Source: Paraspadella gotoi
Lineage: Eukaryota; Animalia; Chaetognatha
DNA: 64,000 nt
Assembly: GCA_051294375.1 (NCBI GenBank)
Contig: JBJCIZ010000239.1
Location: 1,816,581 to 1,880,580 of the forward strand
Direction of reading: 5' to 3'
Positions 25,340-36,339 of this stretch are shown in pieces. Each line of letters opens with the position of its first letter. Within the stretch, counting starts at the first letter, position 1. A program made the translations under genes and the position numbers. The notes under the pieces are model-generated. The model made no database searches, was not told where the DNA came from, and worked only from the letters and a program-made list of their open reading frames with translations.

Positions 25340-25580
25340 AGCACGTTGGTTGTTCTCGTCGTTTTAGTAGATTATGGCAACGGGAGGATAGCCTGTGATA
25401 CCCGGGGCGCGGGGTATCTCACCAACTGGCGTAGGGGCTGCGGACCCTCAGTGACCGCCTCCTGTCACTGGCAAGTTTATACCGGCACCGTCACATTTAA
25501 GCCAGAACCGGGATACCCAGGGATTGAACCCGGGACGCACGGATGGAATGAGATGATTTAGCCTGCTCAGTCATTGAGAC
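25340..25580 (-). mobile_element. tRNA-derived SINE-like element
   Basis: Minus strand shows A-box-like TGACTGAGCAGG and B-box GGTTCAATCCC (25530-25520) at tRNA spacing, followed by a ~170-nt GC-rich non-tRNA body, in an AT-rich intron. Confidence 0.55.
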
Positions 25581-25779
25581 GAGGCTGAGGACGGACAGCA
25601 GTGAGGCAGCTTTAAGTCTTGCTGCCACAAGATATTAATATTTAAGCCAGTAAAGGCAGGCAAAAAAATGACATAATATCACCTCGGCTAAATAACAAGT
25701 TTCCAAATTAATGAGGCCGTATTTATCAAATTTACTGAAATATATGCAAATGAGATTTAGGAACTGATTCTCGCCTGCA

Positions 25780-25789
25780 NNNNNNNNNN
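25780..25789. other. Assembly gap (10 N)
   Basis: Run of N. Confidence 1.
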
Positions 25790-26259
25790 TTTTTTTTTGT
25801 TTGTTTTTGTTTCGATTCGTTTTATTATTAAGCAACGCCTTCGCTTCGAAATCGATTCCTAGTTTTCGATTTTCGAACGGAAATGGAGAAGTTGCGAGTT
25901 TCGGGGAAAAAAAAGAAAATTGAAGTGGAATACTGTTTTTTTTTTTTTTGGTCTGGAAGATAAATTTTCAAAAAAAACAAGTTCTTTCGATAAAGAGGAA
26001 CGAACAAAGCCGCTCTTACGGTTTTTACCGACTATAAATTCTTAACAAACATTTTTTTGTTTTAATCGAAGCGAAATTTAATTTTTTAAATCGGACAACG
26101 AATTAAAAAAAAAACTAATTCAAACTCGAGAGAGAGAATCAACGACTGAGGAAGATGTTCAAAGTCCTCGACGAAGAAAAAAGAACAACGGAACATCCCC
26201 CCCCCATCTCCCCAAAGTGAATCGTCGACGAGACACCCGTGGGGATTTTTGGGGGACGT

Positions 26260-26896
26260 TCAGAAGCTGGAGGGAAGGATGTTGTCCTTCTTGCCGAGCC
26301 GATTGAGGCAGTCGTCGGACTCGCCCATTCCGCGGATTTTGCCGCAGATGGCGTAGGTCTTGTTCTCCCCCGTCATGCGACCCGTTTTTTCGTCAACCTG
26401 GGCGATGTTGATCTGAGGAGAGAGAGAGAGGGAAAGGGAGAGAAAGAGACAAAGAAAGAGAGAGAGATATGAAAACTTGTCGCGTAGAATGAATGTTTTA
26501 TTTCAAATTTTGAGCTTTAAAGGCAACGAGAGAAAAATGTACCGACGTACTGGTACTGGTAAAAACTTATTCAAATTTGTTAGCATTAACGAACATTTCG
26601 TCATTCAGTCCTTAGAAGAAATTAAAATCTAAAGACAAAAACGTTAGTCATGCGCCAAAAAATAATGACCAATCTCACTTGAGATATTACTTTTTATCGT
26701 TTTAACTGTCAAATTGTTTCTTTTATTTCAGAAAAGAGAAAAAAAAATATTACTCGGCTACATTGTACTAGGGACTACGAACTCCACGGAATCTAACCTG
26801 GATGGAGGCGTGGTCCCCGGCCCCGATGATCCGATTGGAGGCGGAGCATTTGCGGGGAATGTAGAGGTCGACGTATTCACCGGCTTCGTTCTGCAT
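26260..26896 (-). CDS. RPS21: 40S ribosomal protein S21 (2 coding exons)
   Basis: [33 protein letters not shown]|INIAQVD...[17 protein letters not shown]. Confidence 0.98.
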
Positions 26897-27116
26897 CTTC
26901 GATTCTTGTCGTTGTTTTTCGAAAGTCTCGAGAAAGAGATTTCTTAGAAATTCGCTTTTTAACGAAAACAAAAAAAATCTAAAAATAGGAAGTCGAGGTA
27001 TCACAAAAAAAGATGAAAGGATTCAAAATAACCAAATCAAAAAAAGGGAAAACAATTTTTTTTGTTTTTTTTTTGGTTGGACGTTCGTGATTTTTTTTCT
27101 TTTTTGACAGTATAAG

Positions 27117-27243
27117 GAAAGAGATAAAACGATTTTCAAAGGATCACTACGGTGCGAAGACTTATTTTTTTAAATTTAAAAAGAAAGAGATAAATCGATT
27201 TTTAAAGGATCACTACGGTGCGAAGACTTATTTTTTTAAATTT
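27117..27243. repeat. Two-copy ~61-bp direct repeat upstream of RPS21
   Basis: aaaggatcactacggtgcgaagacttatttttttaaattt occurs twice with a period of about 66 bp. Confidence 0.9.
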
Positions 27244-28671
27244 ATTCGTCCATCGCTATTTCGTGAAAATATGTGACAATTAGCAAGTATGTTTGTCTTT
27301 GGACCATTACAAACGGGTGAAAAAATGTTAAAAACTGGAAATGTGTGTCATTTGGTAAATGGGATTTCGATTTCTTTTTTTTTTTTTTTGAGGATCGTCG
27401 GGTGATTATTTCGAGTGCTATAAAATGCGCTAGATGCCGCTAAATACAGAATCTTTAATCTCTGGCAACTTTCACAATAAAGCCAACTAATACGTCGAGT
27501 GCATTCAAAGAAAAAAAAACTCGGTAGTACTGCTGATAAAAAAAGCTGCTCTTATAAGAGTATAATGCCAGGTTTCAATAAAAAGTAAATCGTATGCCTG
27601 GTGTGAAAAAATTAATCCACTTTTCTTAGTAAGGGAAAACTGTTTTTGATAATTAGATTTGGAACAAAGGGAACTATTTCTTGTTCTACGCTCGAAAAGG
27701 TGGGGAAAAATATCAAAACAAAAAAAATCATTCTCAATCAAGAGTAATAACAAACAAGACAGAGAGTTCGTAGTTAATCTAAAAAATAAAACGAGGAACT
27801 TTCCGTAGTTAACAATGTAAAATGATAACAAAATGGACTGGATGAAATTTTAGTTGAGGTGCGAAGGCAAACACGTGATGAGTGCAAAGATATGCGAGTT
27901 AAAAAAAAAGCGAGTATTTTTTGTTTTTAAAAACAAACTGTTTTTTTCTCTTTTCGAGAAGTTCATTTATATTTACGATAATAAACAACTCGATAGAGTT
28001 TTCAATGTATTAAATTGGCGTCATGGCTTGTTTTGTTAGGATGAAATCGTGAGAAAACACGGTATTGCAAATAACATGATTTCGGTGAATAAAGGAGAGA
28101 AGAAAAAAATGTAAGGGCGACTTAGAAATCACATGGTGAATTAAAACTCGGAGGGCGACTCCCGTCCCCTTCTCATTGTGCTCAAACAGCAAAAAAAAAA
28201 AGGTATTAAATGAAAAGAAAAACGGCAAATTTGCTTTTTGGAGAAGATTAAAAACGAAGATACCGAAGATGTTTAATTTTTAAAACAAACCGGTAATACC
28301 ACTGGAAATGCCGTCCTGATTAAGTTTAATTAAGTTTAATTGATAAAACAAACTTCGTTAAGCAAAACCCTTGAAGTTTACCAATAAATATTTCGTTTTC
28401 TCCGAATCGTAAAAATCATCCCTACCCAATATCTCTTTAGTCTTCTTTTAAAAATATAATACTATAGCTAAAAATCTAATTTAAAACTACGTATGTATAT
28501 TTCGGATAAATCAATGCTCATATTCCTACTCTTCTAAGGCGCGAGTTTGTAAAAAGAACCCCCCCCCAAAAAAAAAACCCCTCCCATCTAAATACTAACA
28601 TAAAAATCAAAACAAAAAACTAATCAAAAGTCTCTCTCTCTCTCTCTCTCCCCAAGCCCGCGTAGGCTCGA

Positions 28672-29541
28672 TCACAACAACAAAAAAAAAAGAATCGCCA
28701 ACCCCGGCGCCGCGGCCGAAAACGGCGCGACGCCGGCGCCGGCGTTGACCATGGTCTGCTTCTCGCGCCCGACGGTGATGACCCTGAGTATCTTGGGGGA
28801 CGGATAGACTCTGCCGGGAGTCGGCGCCGGTCGAGTCACTTTGCCGGAAAAACGAAGATCGTCGTCGACGTCGTTTCCCGGGACGAAGACGTCGTCGTCG
28901 AAACGATCGAAGTCGGCGACGCTATTAACGGCGCTCCCGGCGCCATCTTCGACGCCGCCCTCGCCCCGGCAACAGACGCGCATGACGAGTTTCATGCCCC
29001 TCGATCGACAGACGCCGCCGTCGAGATTCCCGATCCCGTCGGCGCGACCGGTCGAGGTGGAAGTAAAGTAATAGTCCCTCCCGGCCTCGAACTGCAGACC
29101 CTTGGGCAGCGGAGAGTATTCGACGACGTTGATGGTGAAGGCGCTGTACTTGAAGGGCTGCTTGCAGTCGAAGATCCACTTGGTGTCCGGCTCCTCGAGC
29201 GGACCGCGGACGACGCAAGAGTCGAACTCGGCCCGGGTGACCCGGTAGAGAGTGAAGAAGCCCAACCGGTCGCTCTCGTCGAGCGGCTCGACGACGGGAT
29301 CCAAGAGAGGGCAGAGGATGTCGATGGAATCCCCGAACTTGACGTTTATCACAGGCGGGTGGAGGGAGTCGCCGAGGTGCGGGGAGAAGATGGGGTTGGA
29401 GACGTTCCAGTAGACGGGCGGCAGGTTGGGAAGAGGAACGGAGGAGGAGAGTAAATGCGCGAGCGTGAGAAGGAAGAGGAGGCGGGCGTGAGACAGAGGA
29501 CGATGAAGACGATGATGATGAGAGGCCAAGTGTAAAAACAT
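28672..29541 (-). CDS. Ephrin, single coding exon, probably GPI-anchored
   Basis: Signal peptide, VYWNVSNPIF, GDSIDILCP, FDSC, YSPLPKGLQFEAGRDYYFTSTS, GGVC..GMKL, and a terminal hydrophobic tail with no cytoplasmic domain. Start may be 29541 or 29616. Confidence 0.9.
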   Translation of the reverse strand: MFLHLASHHHRLHRPLSHARLLFLLTLAHLLSSSVPLPNLPPVYWNVSNPIFSPHLGDSLHPPVINVKFGDSIDILCPLLDPVVEPLDESDRLGFFTLYRVTRAEFDSCVVRGPLEEPDTKWIFDCKQPFKYSAFTINVVEYSPLPKGLQFEAGRDYYFTSTSTGRADGIGNLDGGVCRSRGMKLVMRVCCRGEGGVEDGAGSAVNSVADFDRFDDDVFVPGNDVDDDLRFSGKVTRPAPTPGRVYPSPKILRVITVGREKQTMVNAGAGVAPFSAAAPGLAILFFLLL

Positions 29542-30802
29542 TGTTTTTTTAATCTTTTCACCGTGAATTTGTTTCACTTCTTTTTTTTTATCTTTCTCTC
29601 TCGAGTCACGAGTCACGGTGGAATTATTGGTAACAACGTCAACGACTCCTTGCTTTTTCTTTTCATTTTTTTATTTTTCAATGAGAGGAAAATGAGAGGA
29701 ATGAAGAGAACGGAAGCAGAGCAGTTCCTTTACATTTTTTTTTAAATCAATTTTTATGAAATGAGTTTTCTGACGAGTTTCCCGCATACTTTGTAAAAAT
29801 TCTCGTTCCCCTAAAAAAGTTTGACTGAGGCGATAAAAGTTTATCATTCAGTTCGTTCATCTTTTCAATGCGGGCGATTTTCATTTGAGAAAAATAAAAT
29901 AAAAAGTTAAAAAACCTGTGAAAAAAAAAAAGATGACATCCTATAAATTTTGATAATAAGAGAAGGAGGCTTTTTCGCGCGCAGCCGAGATAACCGGGGA
30001 ACAGGAGAACAACAAAAAAAAAGTGACCACAACTATTTTTTTTTCCTTTATACAAACAGAAACGAGAAGGGAGGCCGGGGAGAGTCGTCTAACCGACAGA
30101 CCTCTCCGAAAGAGATTAAAAAGCCATGAAATAAAACTGACTTTTACAGTTATATTGAACTTTGTAAATTATCGTGTGTTAGACATATAAATAATAGATT
30201 AATCGTGTGAGACGAAATTCGGTAGTTTTGTTTTTTTTTGTTTTCGACAAAACTATATCTCAGAATATAACGGGGAAGGGAAAAGGGAGGGAGTGAGGGG
30301 ACGATGTCCTAAATATTGATAAAACACGAAACGGTATAATCTCCATGTTTTTTTTTTTTTTAATTCAAAGAATTACGCCGTTCGGATGAGACGAAAAAAA
30401 AAAAAGAAGAGAAACCAATACTTACCTCGTCCACGCTTCGCCACAATAAACGAGTGGAACCCCTTATCACGAGGGTTCACAATCCATCGATCCGTTACGA
30501 TCGTTCGGTCCCGCGAACCGGAAAGAAAAATAAACGTGCGTAACGAAAAACTAGAAATAAAAAATAATAATAAAAAAAAAAAAAACCAGAAAAAAACTTT
30601 TTCTCCATTTCCTGTCTCACGCACCAAAACTAAGAAAACGAATTCACCCATCGTTGGCAAAAATCTTTAGCCAAAAGGGGGAAGAAGGGTAAATTTCTCT
30701 CTACATCACTTAACAGTTAACATCGCGGGGGAAAAAAAGAAATACGAATCGAAACGAATTATAAAATGTGAGACGCCAAATATTAAAATACTATACAGAT
30801 TA

Positions 30803-31434
30803 CAGAAGGCTTCATATTATAAAATGTGGTACCCCTTTTTTGTGACCAGAACACGTTCCGATAAAACTATTGAATAGATTTTAATGAAATTTGGTATGAA
30901 CGATCCCTATGAGAATACAAATAGAAATATTGAGGCGAATTTCAATATTTGACCCCTGAGCCGAGATATGGGGCCCGGTAGGGGTCACTAATGGGGGCAA
31001 AAAATGGTCAAAATTTGTTTTTAATTTTTAATTTTGTTTGTTTTGAACAGTTGCCCAGACGTTTACTCTTCCACAAAAATGTATTTATTTCCACAAAAAT
31101 ATTAGTTTACCATAACTTTCAGCTTCATAAACATCAGCTGTTCAAGTCAGATTTTGAATAATTCTGAAAAATTTCAAACACCAATTAATTAGCAAAAAAT
31201 TTATTAGTTTTAGTTTTAAAAAATATTTTTATATGTTTAAAACATCGATGAACCTGATTCTACTAAATCCCTGTAACTCTTGTTAAAACTATTAAAATTC
31301 GCCTCGATAGTTCCATTTATATTGTCATTAGAACTCTAAATGTAAAATTTCATGAAATTCGATCTGGTAGATTGGTGGGAACAGATTCTGGTCACAAAAA
31401 AGGGGTACCACATTTTATAATATGAAGCCTTCTG
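30803..31434. mobile_element. MITE with ~49-bp perfect TIRs and TA flanks (Tc1/mariner-type), copy 1
   Basis: TA|CAGAAGGCTTCATATTATAAAATGTGGTACCCCTTTTTTGTGACCAGAA at the left end and its exact reverse complement ending CTG|TA at the right end; non-coding interior. Confidence 0.92.
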
Positions 31435-31811
31435 TATTGTGTAAGATATTTTAATTTTATGCATAGAAAATTTAAGTAAACATTCAAATTAAATTCCGAC
31501 CCTCGACTACTTTTAAAAACTTACAGCTTAAAAAACACCACCTGTCCACATTTTAAGACTCGTCTCAATCCTCTTAATTTAAAAAAAAAAAATGAGGTTC
31601 CACAGTTCTAGCGTCGATGCCTCTAACAGAAAAAAAAAAAGGAAATGGGCGATATGAACCCATAGGTCACATACCCGTTTCTTTTCCCCTTAGAACCCAT
31701 TCCCACACCCCGACAACGAAAAAAAAAGGGGGAAAAAAAGGGAAAAAACACGCAAAAAGAAAGAGCAATAAACACACACTCTCTTACGCACGGATCGTCG
31801 TCGTCCGTTCA

Positions 31812-31852
<41 letters not shown>

Positions 31853-31881
31853 CTCTCTCTATCATTCCCGCCCCCGTCCCT

Positions 31882-34287
31882 TCATCTCGTTATGAGCGGT
31901 CGCGCGTACTCGACGAACTCGTCGATCAAGACGGGCCACGCCCCTTCCTCGTCGTAGTTGGACATGTCCTCGGAAATCATGGCGGAGAAGTCGAGGAGGA
32001 GGTTCCAGGTGTCGCGCGGGATCGAGCGCTTATAGTTTTCCTGGAGGAACTTGCACCAAAGATCGAGAAACTTGAAGCGACCGGGGAGGACGATGTTCCA
32101 ATAGGCGATGGCCATCTCCAGGTCGAGCCCTTTCTGACCCGGATTCTTGGCGTAGTTGAACGTGAATTGGTAAAAGTCTTTGAACTTGCTCGGGTCCTTG
32201 ATCTCGTTTTCGAGGGCCGGGCACTGAGCAAGAGGAGGGGCGAGGAAAGATTAGGATCGATGAGCACGAATATTGTAAACTAAATTAAATTTCTGACGTG
32301 CTAGTACTAACTATTTAAAAAAAGATAAAATGTTTCGCTGATTTCTTTAAACATTTACCATAAATGAGTTATACGATGGGTACAACTGAAAGTGATATGT
32401 CTCTAGATGACGAAAATTTTTTCTATATTTTTTTTTCTATATTTTTTTTATATTAAAATTTAAGTATTGTACCAATAGAATTAAGTGAGATACTACCGCT
32501 TTGCCGAAATTTTTATTTAACAAAGATTTGTACTGCGTAGTTCAAATCCTTAGTTCTTTAATGGTAAAAAAAGTTATTTTCTTGAATAACTTTTGAAAGA
32601 AAAGAGATAGCAAGGTGGCGTGATATCAAATTAAAGCCCTAATCATGGGACATCTTTCTACAATAGTTTTATTAAATTTTATCCATAATTATTTACACAG
32701 TTTTTGTTAAAATCAGAGTTAAAAGTATAAGTTTTTTTTTTTTCAATGAAGGCATATGAAATTTTTTATTTTTCTTTTTTAATTTGAAAAAGGAAAGACT
32801 GAATTACATTTTGACTACCATTATATTTTCTCGACTCCTTCTGACAAATTGTAAAATTTATGGAGGAATCTAGATAAGAGACTTAATAAGTTAATAAGAG
32901 TCTTTGCCCTACCCATTCCTCACTCACCTTCGCCTTCAGCTTGTCGACGGAGTCGCATCCAAGTTCCGTCATCCCCGTCACGAACTCTTCCTTCGTGAAC
33001 TCGCACTGTTGCGCCGCTTTGAACTTCCAGGCGATGATGAGGACGACGCGGCTCTCGGGGGTCAGGCCCAGATCCTCCAGGAACCGCACCACCCCGTCCG
33101 CCGTCATCTTGTCATCCTCGTGGGGGTCTTTGTACCTTTGAAATGGAAAGGGGAAAAACAAAAGATATGAATGATGATTGGCAAATATGGTAATGGTCAT
33201 TGGACATAGAACACGTGGTAATTGAATCCGAGTAATTTAGTAGAATGTCGCAAAGAAACCAGTTAGTTTTTAATTAAGATTTAATGTATGGTTTTTTTAT
33301 TTTTAATTTGGATTTTATCGTCGTTTTTTTTCCTTTTTTGATAAACATTTTTTTAAAAAAAACCATTGGCCAAACAAAATACAGTCACGCCAAGATCCTC
33401 TTCCCTGTCCGCCTCATATTTACTGAACACGAGATTCTCGGTGAGTGACTTTTCTTCACGTCGAATCGTCTGCCTCGTTCGAGGATTAGTCCCGCTCGAT
33501 AAATCTCGAACGCTCATTGGCTGACGTTTTAATTATGTACGTTTTAGTTTTATCGCCTTCTCCGCTATTGTTTGAAAAGCGAGCGAGAACAATAGACCCT
33601 CGTGTTCGATGTTTGTTTCCATTTTACTCTCGACGCAGAAACCACGAAAAAAAAAATCTGCTTTGACAAGAACATGTAGTCTGAACATATACTCTGTATA
33701 CTCAATTACTCATTAGCTAAAAATCACGCAAAAAGAATTGTCAGAGATAGATTCTTCAAACTATATAAGAATTAGGAAGGGAAAGAACGATTTATAAAAT
33801 AACCGGAGCTGAATTATACTAAATTCATCTCAAATATTACGGGAAAGTGTAAGAGTTATTGACAAGTGCTGAGCTATTCAATATTAAAATACTAAATCAA
33901 GTCTGTCCCCTGGACAAAAAAAAAAACTCCCTTACCATGTATTCAACAAATCATCGAATAAACTCACTTGTTAAAAAGCGATTCCAGCTTCTTTCGATCG
34001 ACGGGCGACTTGGAGTCGCGCGCGTACCGATCCGGATTTTGGAAGAAGTAGTCGGTGGCGATGTCGAGCTTCCAGTCGTGTTGGGACAAACAATAGATGG
34101 CCGTCGTTTCCGACGTCTTTATTTTCGCCCAAAGGGATTAAAAAATGAACGACGTAAATATTTAGAATTAGAAATTTCTGGACGTTTCGTTTCGCGATAT
34201 TTCGCGCAACTAAGGCGCGACTCTAACCTGGGTAAACGCGCAAAACTGGCGGACTTTGTCCTTGTGCGACGACTTTAGCTTATGCAT
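31882..34287 (-). CDS. DCUN1D1: DCN1-like protein 1 (cullin neddylation E3), 4 exons
   Basis: [64 protein letters not shown] and [20 protein letters not shown]. Confidence 0.95.
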
Positions 34288-34729
34288 TTTCGTTTTTGAG
34301 TTCTGCAGGGAGCCAGAATCATTGGCATCCCGGGTTGCGAGAAAGTTCGGGGCGGGGACGAGACTAGTTAGTCTTATTTAAAAAAATATATATATCACTC
34401 GAGACACGATTTTAGAAGCGTTCGGCGTGGAGGCAAAAAAAAAGTGGGTGGGGGGTTGAGAAAAAAAAACAAAGGAAAATATGCTCGAGACACAAAACCG
34501 GAAAAACCTGGAAAAAAAAATTGAAAAATTTAAAATTCATTATAAAAAAAATGCGGAGAAAACAACCATAGACGAACCACTATGGAAAAAAATGGGGGGG
34601 GAGTGTGGGAAAGGGATAATTGGAAAAGGCGGGGGTGTGGAAGGGGCTGGGAGAGTGAAAAAGGGGGGCGGGGAAGGGTGTGGGGGCAGAATTCTTGGGG
34701 ATTAATTTTTTTTTCCTAGTAAATCAATG

Positions 34730-36038
34730 TCACTCAGTTAATTCTTCGTCCTCCGGGAGCCAAAAGGCCATGTTTTGGCAGGAGGTGACCATGTGCATGA
34801 ACTTTGGGTTGAACTGGCAGCAGTAAATCGCTCCCGTGTGTTTGTCCGAGGTGAGGATCGTCCGAGAACCGTTGTCGACGCGCCAGCAATGGACCTTACC
34901 GTCGGTAGAACCTGAAAAGGGATTAAATGAGGAAAGGGAATGTGTTTTAAATGAGGTCTTATTTAAATACATTAGCCTATCATTTGTCGAGCATGGGAAT
35001 GGATAAAAATAAAAATTAACAAAATGATTCTAATATAAAACTCTTGTGGATATACGAACAAACTAGTGGAAATACTAATACGAACTTTATTTCTTATTTA
35101 CTTAGTTGCTTATAACCCTTTTTGTCCCCTTCATTTATAATCAGTTTAAGTATAAACATTTTACAAGAACTCGTTTCCTTGAATGTTGGACAAACTTTTG
35201 CTAAACGTTGGATCAAAAATAAACTAATCTCACCGGCGATGACGAATTGGTTGTCGGGCGTAAACGACGCTTCCAACGACTGCCCCTTGGCGTTGGTGTG
35301 CCCGACGAGGGAGTGGATGGGCTGACCCTGGAACCCGTCGACGAGACGAATGGCCGACCCGTTGGTGGCGATGAGGACGAGCTTCCCGTCCGGCGAGAAC
35401 TTCATCTCAGTCCAGTCGCAGTCCTTCTCTCGCTCCAGCTTAAAGGTGGAGAAAGGCCCCTTGTCGTAGGAGCGGAGGTCGTAGAGTTTGACTAATTCCG
35501 AGTTGATCCCCGTAGCGAAGATGAGCCCCTCGGGGTCGAAGGCCGCCACCGGCCGCGAGTTTAAAGTCATCACGCCCTGAGCGCCCGGCGCGCGAAGATC
35601 CCAGAGCCGGAGCGTCTTGTCCGCGGAGCCGCTGAGGAAAGAGTCGTCGATCGGGGACACGCAGAGGCAGGTGACCTTTTTCGTGTGACCGGAAAAGAAG
35701 CGGATGTATTTGTTGTCGTGGAGCGAGAGATATCGGACGGCGTCGTCCCCTTTGGTCGAGGCGTGGATGGCGGCGTTGCTAGCGTGCGTGCTGCGGACGA
35801 GATCGCAGCCGTGGCGGCGCGGGTTGAGCACGCGCTTGGATTGCCCGTCGAGGCAGTCGTAGATGGTGATCGTGTCGTCGTCCGAGGAACAGAGGAGGAA
35901 TTCTCCGCTGGAGAAAAAGTCGAGCGAGTTGACGCGGCTCCCGTTGCGGCGGAAGATTTTGGCGATGCGGAGGCTGCGCATCGACTCGTCGCTGAGGTTC
36001 ATGGCTGCTGCGGCGGCGGGAGGGGCGCAGGTTGGCAC
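34730..36038 (-). CDS. WDR82: WD repeat protein 82 (Swd2), 2 exons
   Basis: RYLSLHDNKYIRFFSGH, FDPEGLIFA, KLYDLRSYDKGPF, LEASFTPD and QFNPKF..MAFWLP. Start is 36038 or 36002. Confidence 0.93.
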
Positions 36039-36339
36039 GCGGGTTTGCGAAAAAAAAGGGTTCGCTCCGAAATTGTGCTACACTGTTAAATAACGCAACA
36101 TTTTAATGGCAATGCGAGGTTTTTTAAAATTAAAATAAGGACTTTTCAAATAAAACAAAAATAGGAAACGGAACAAAAAAAAAAAAAAAAAACTAACGAG
36201 GGAAGAGGGTTACAGAGCTTTAAAAAAAATCAGCCTCCAACTTTTCTTCCAAAGTTTATATATATCCCAAAAAACGGGTTTTAAAAGATCACAATAAATA
36301 ACGACTAAAAACTAATACGGCTAAAAGAATAATAAAACA

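Noticed and set aside
25500-25580. tRNA gene
   Set aside because: A/B boxes are present but I could not build acceptor and anticodon stems; treated as a SINE head.
24223-25790. Rab3 pseudogene lacking its N-terminus
   Set aside because: The missing exons coincide with the assembly gap and the visible exons are intact.
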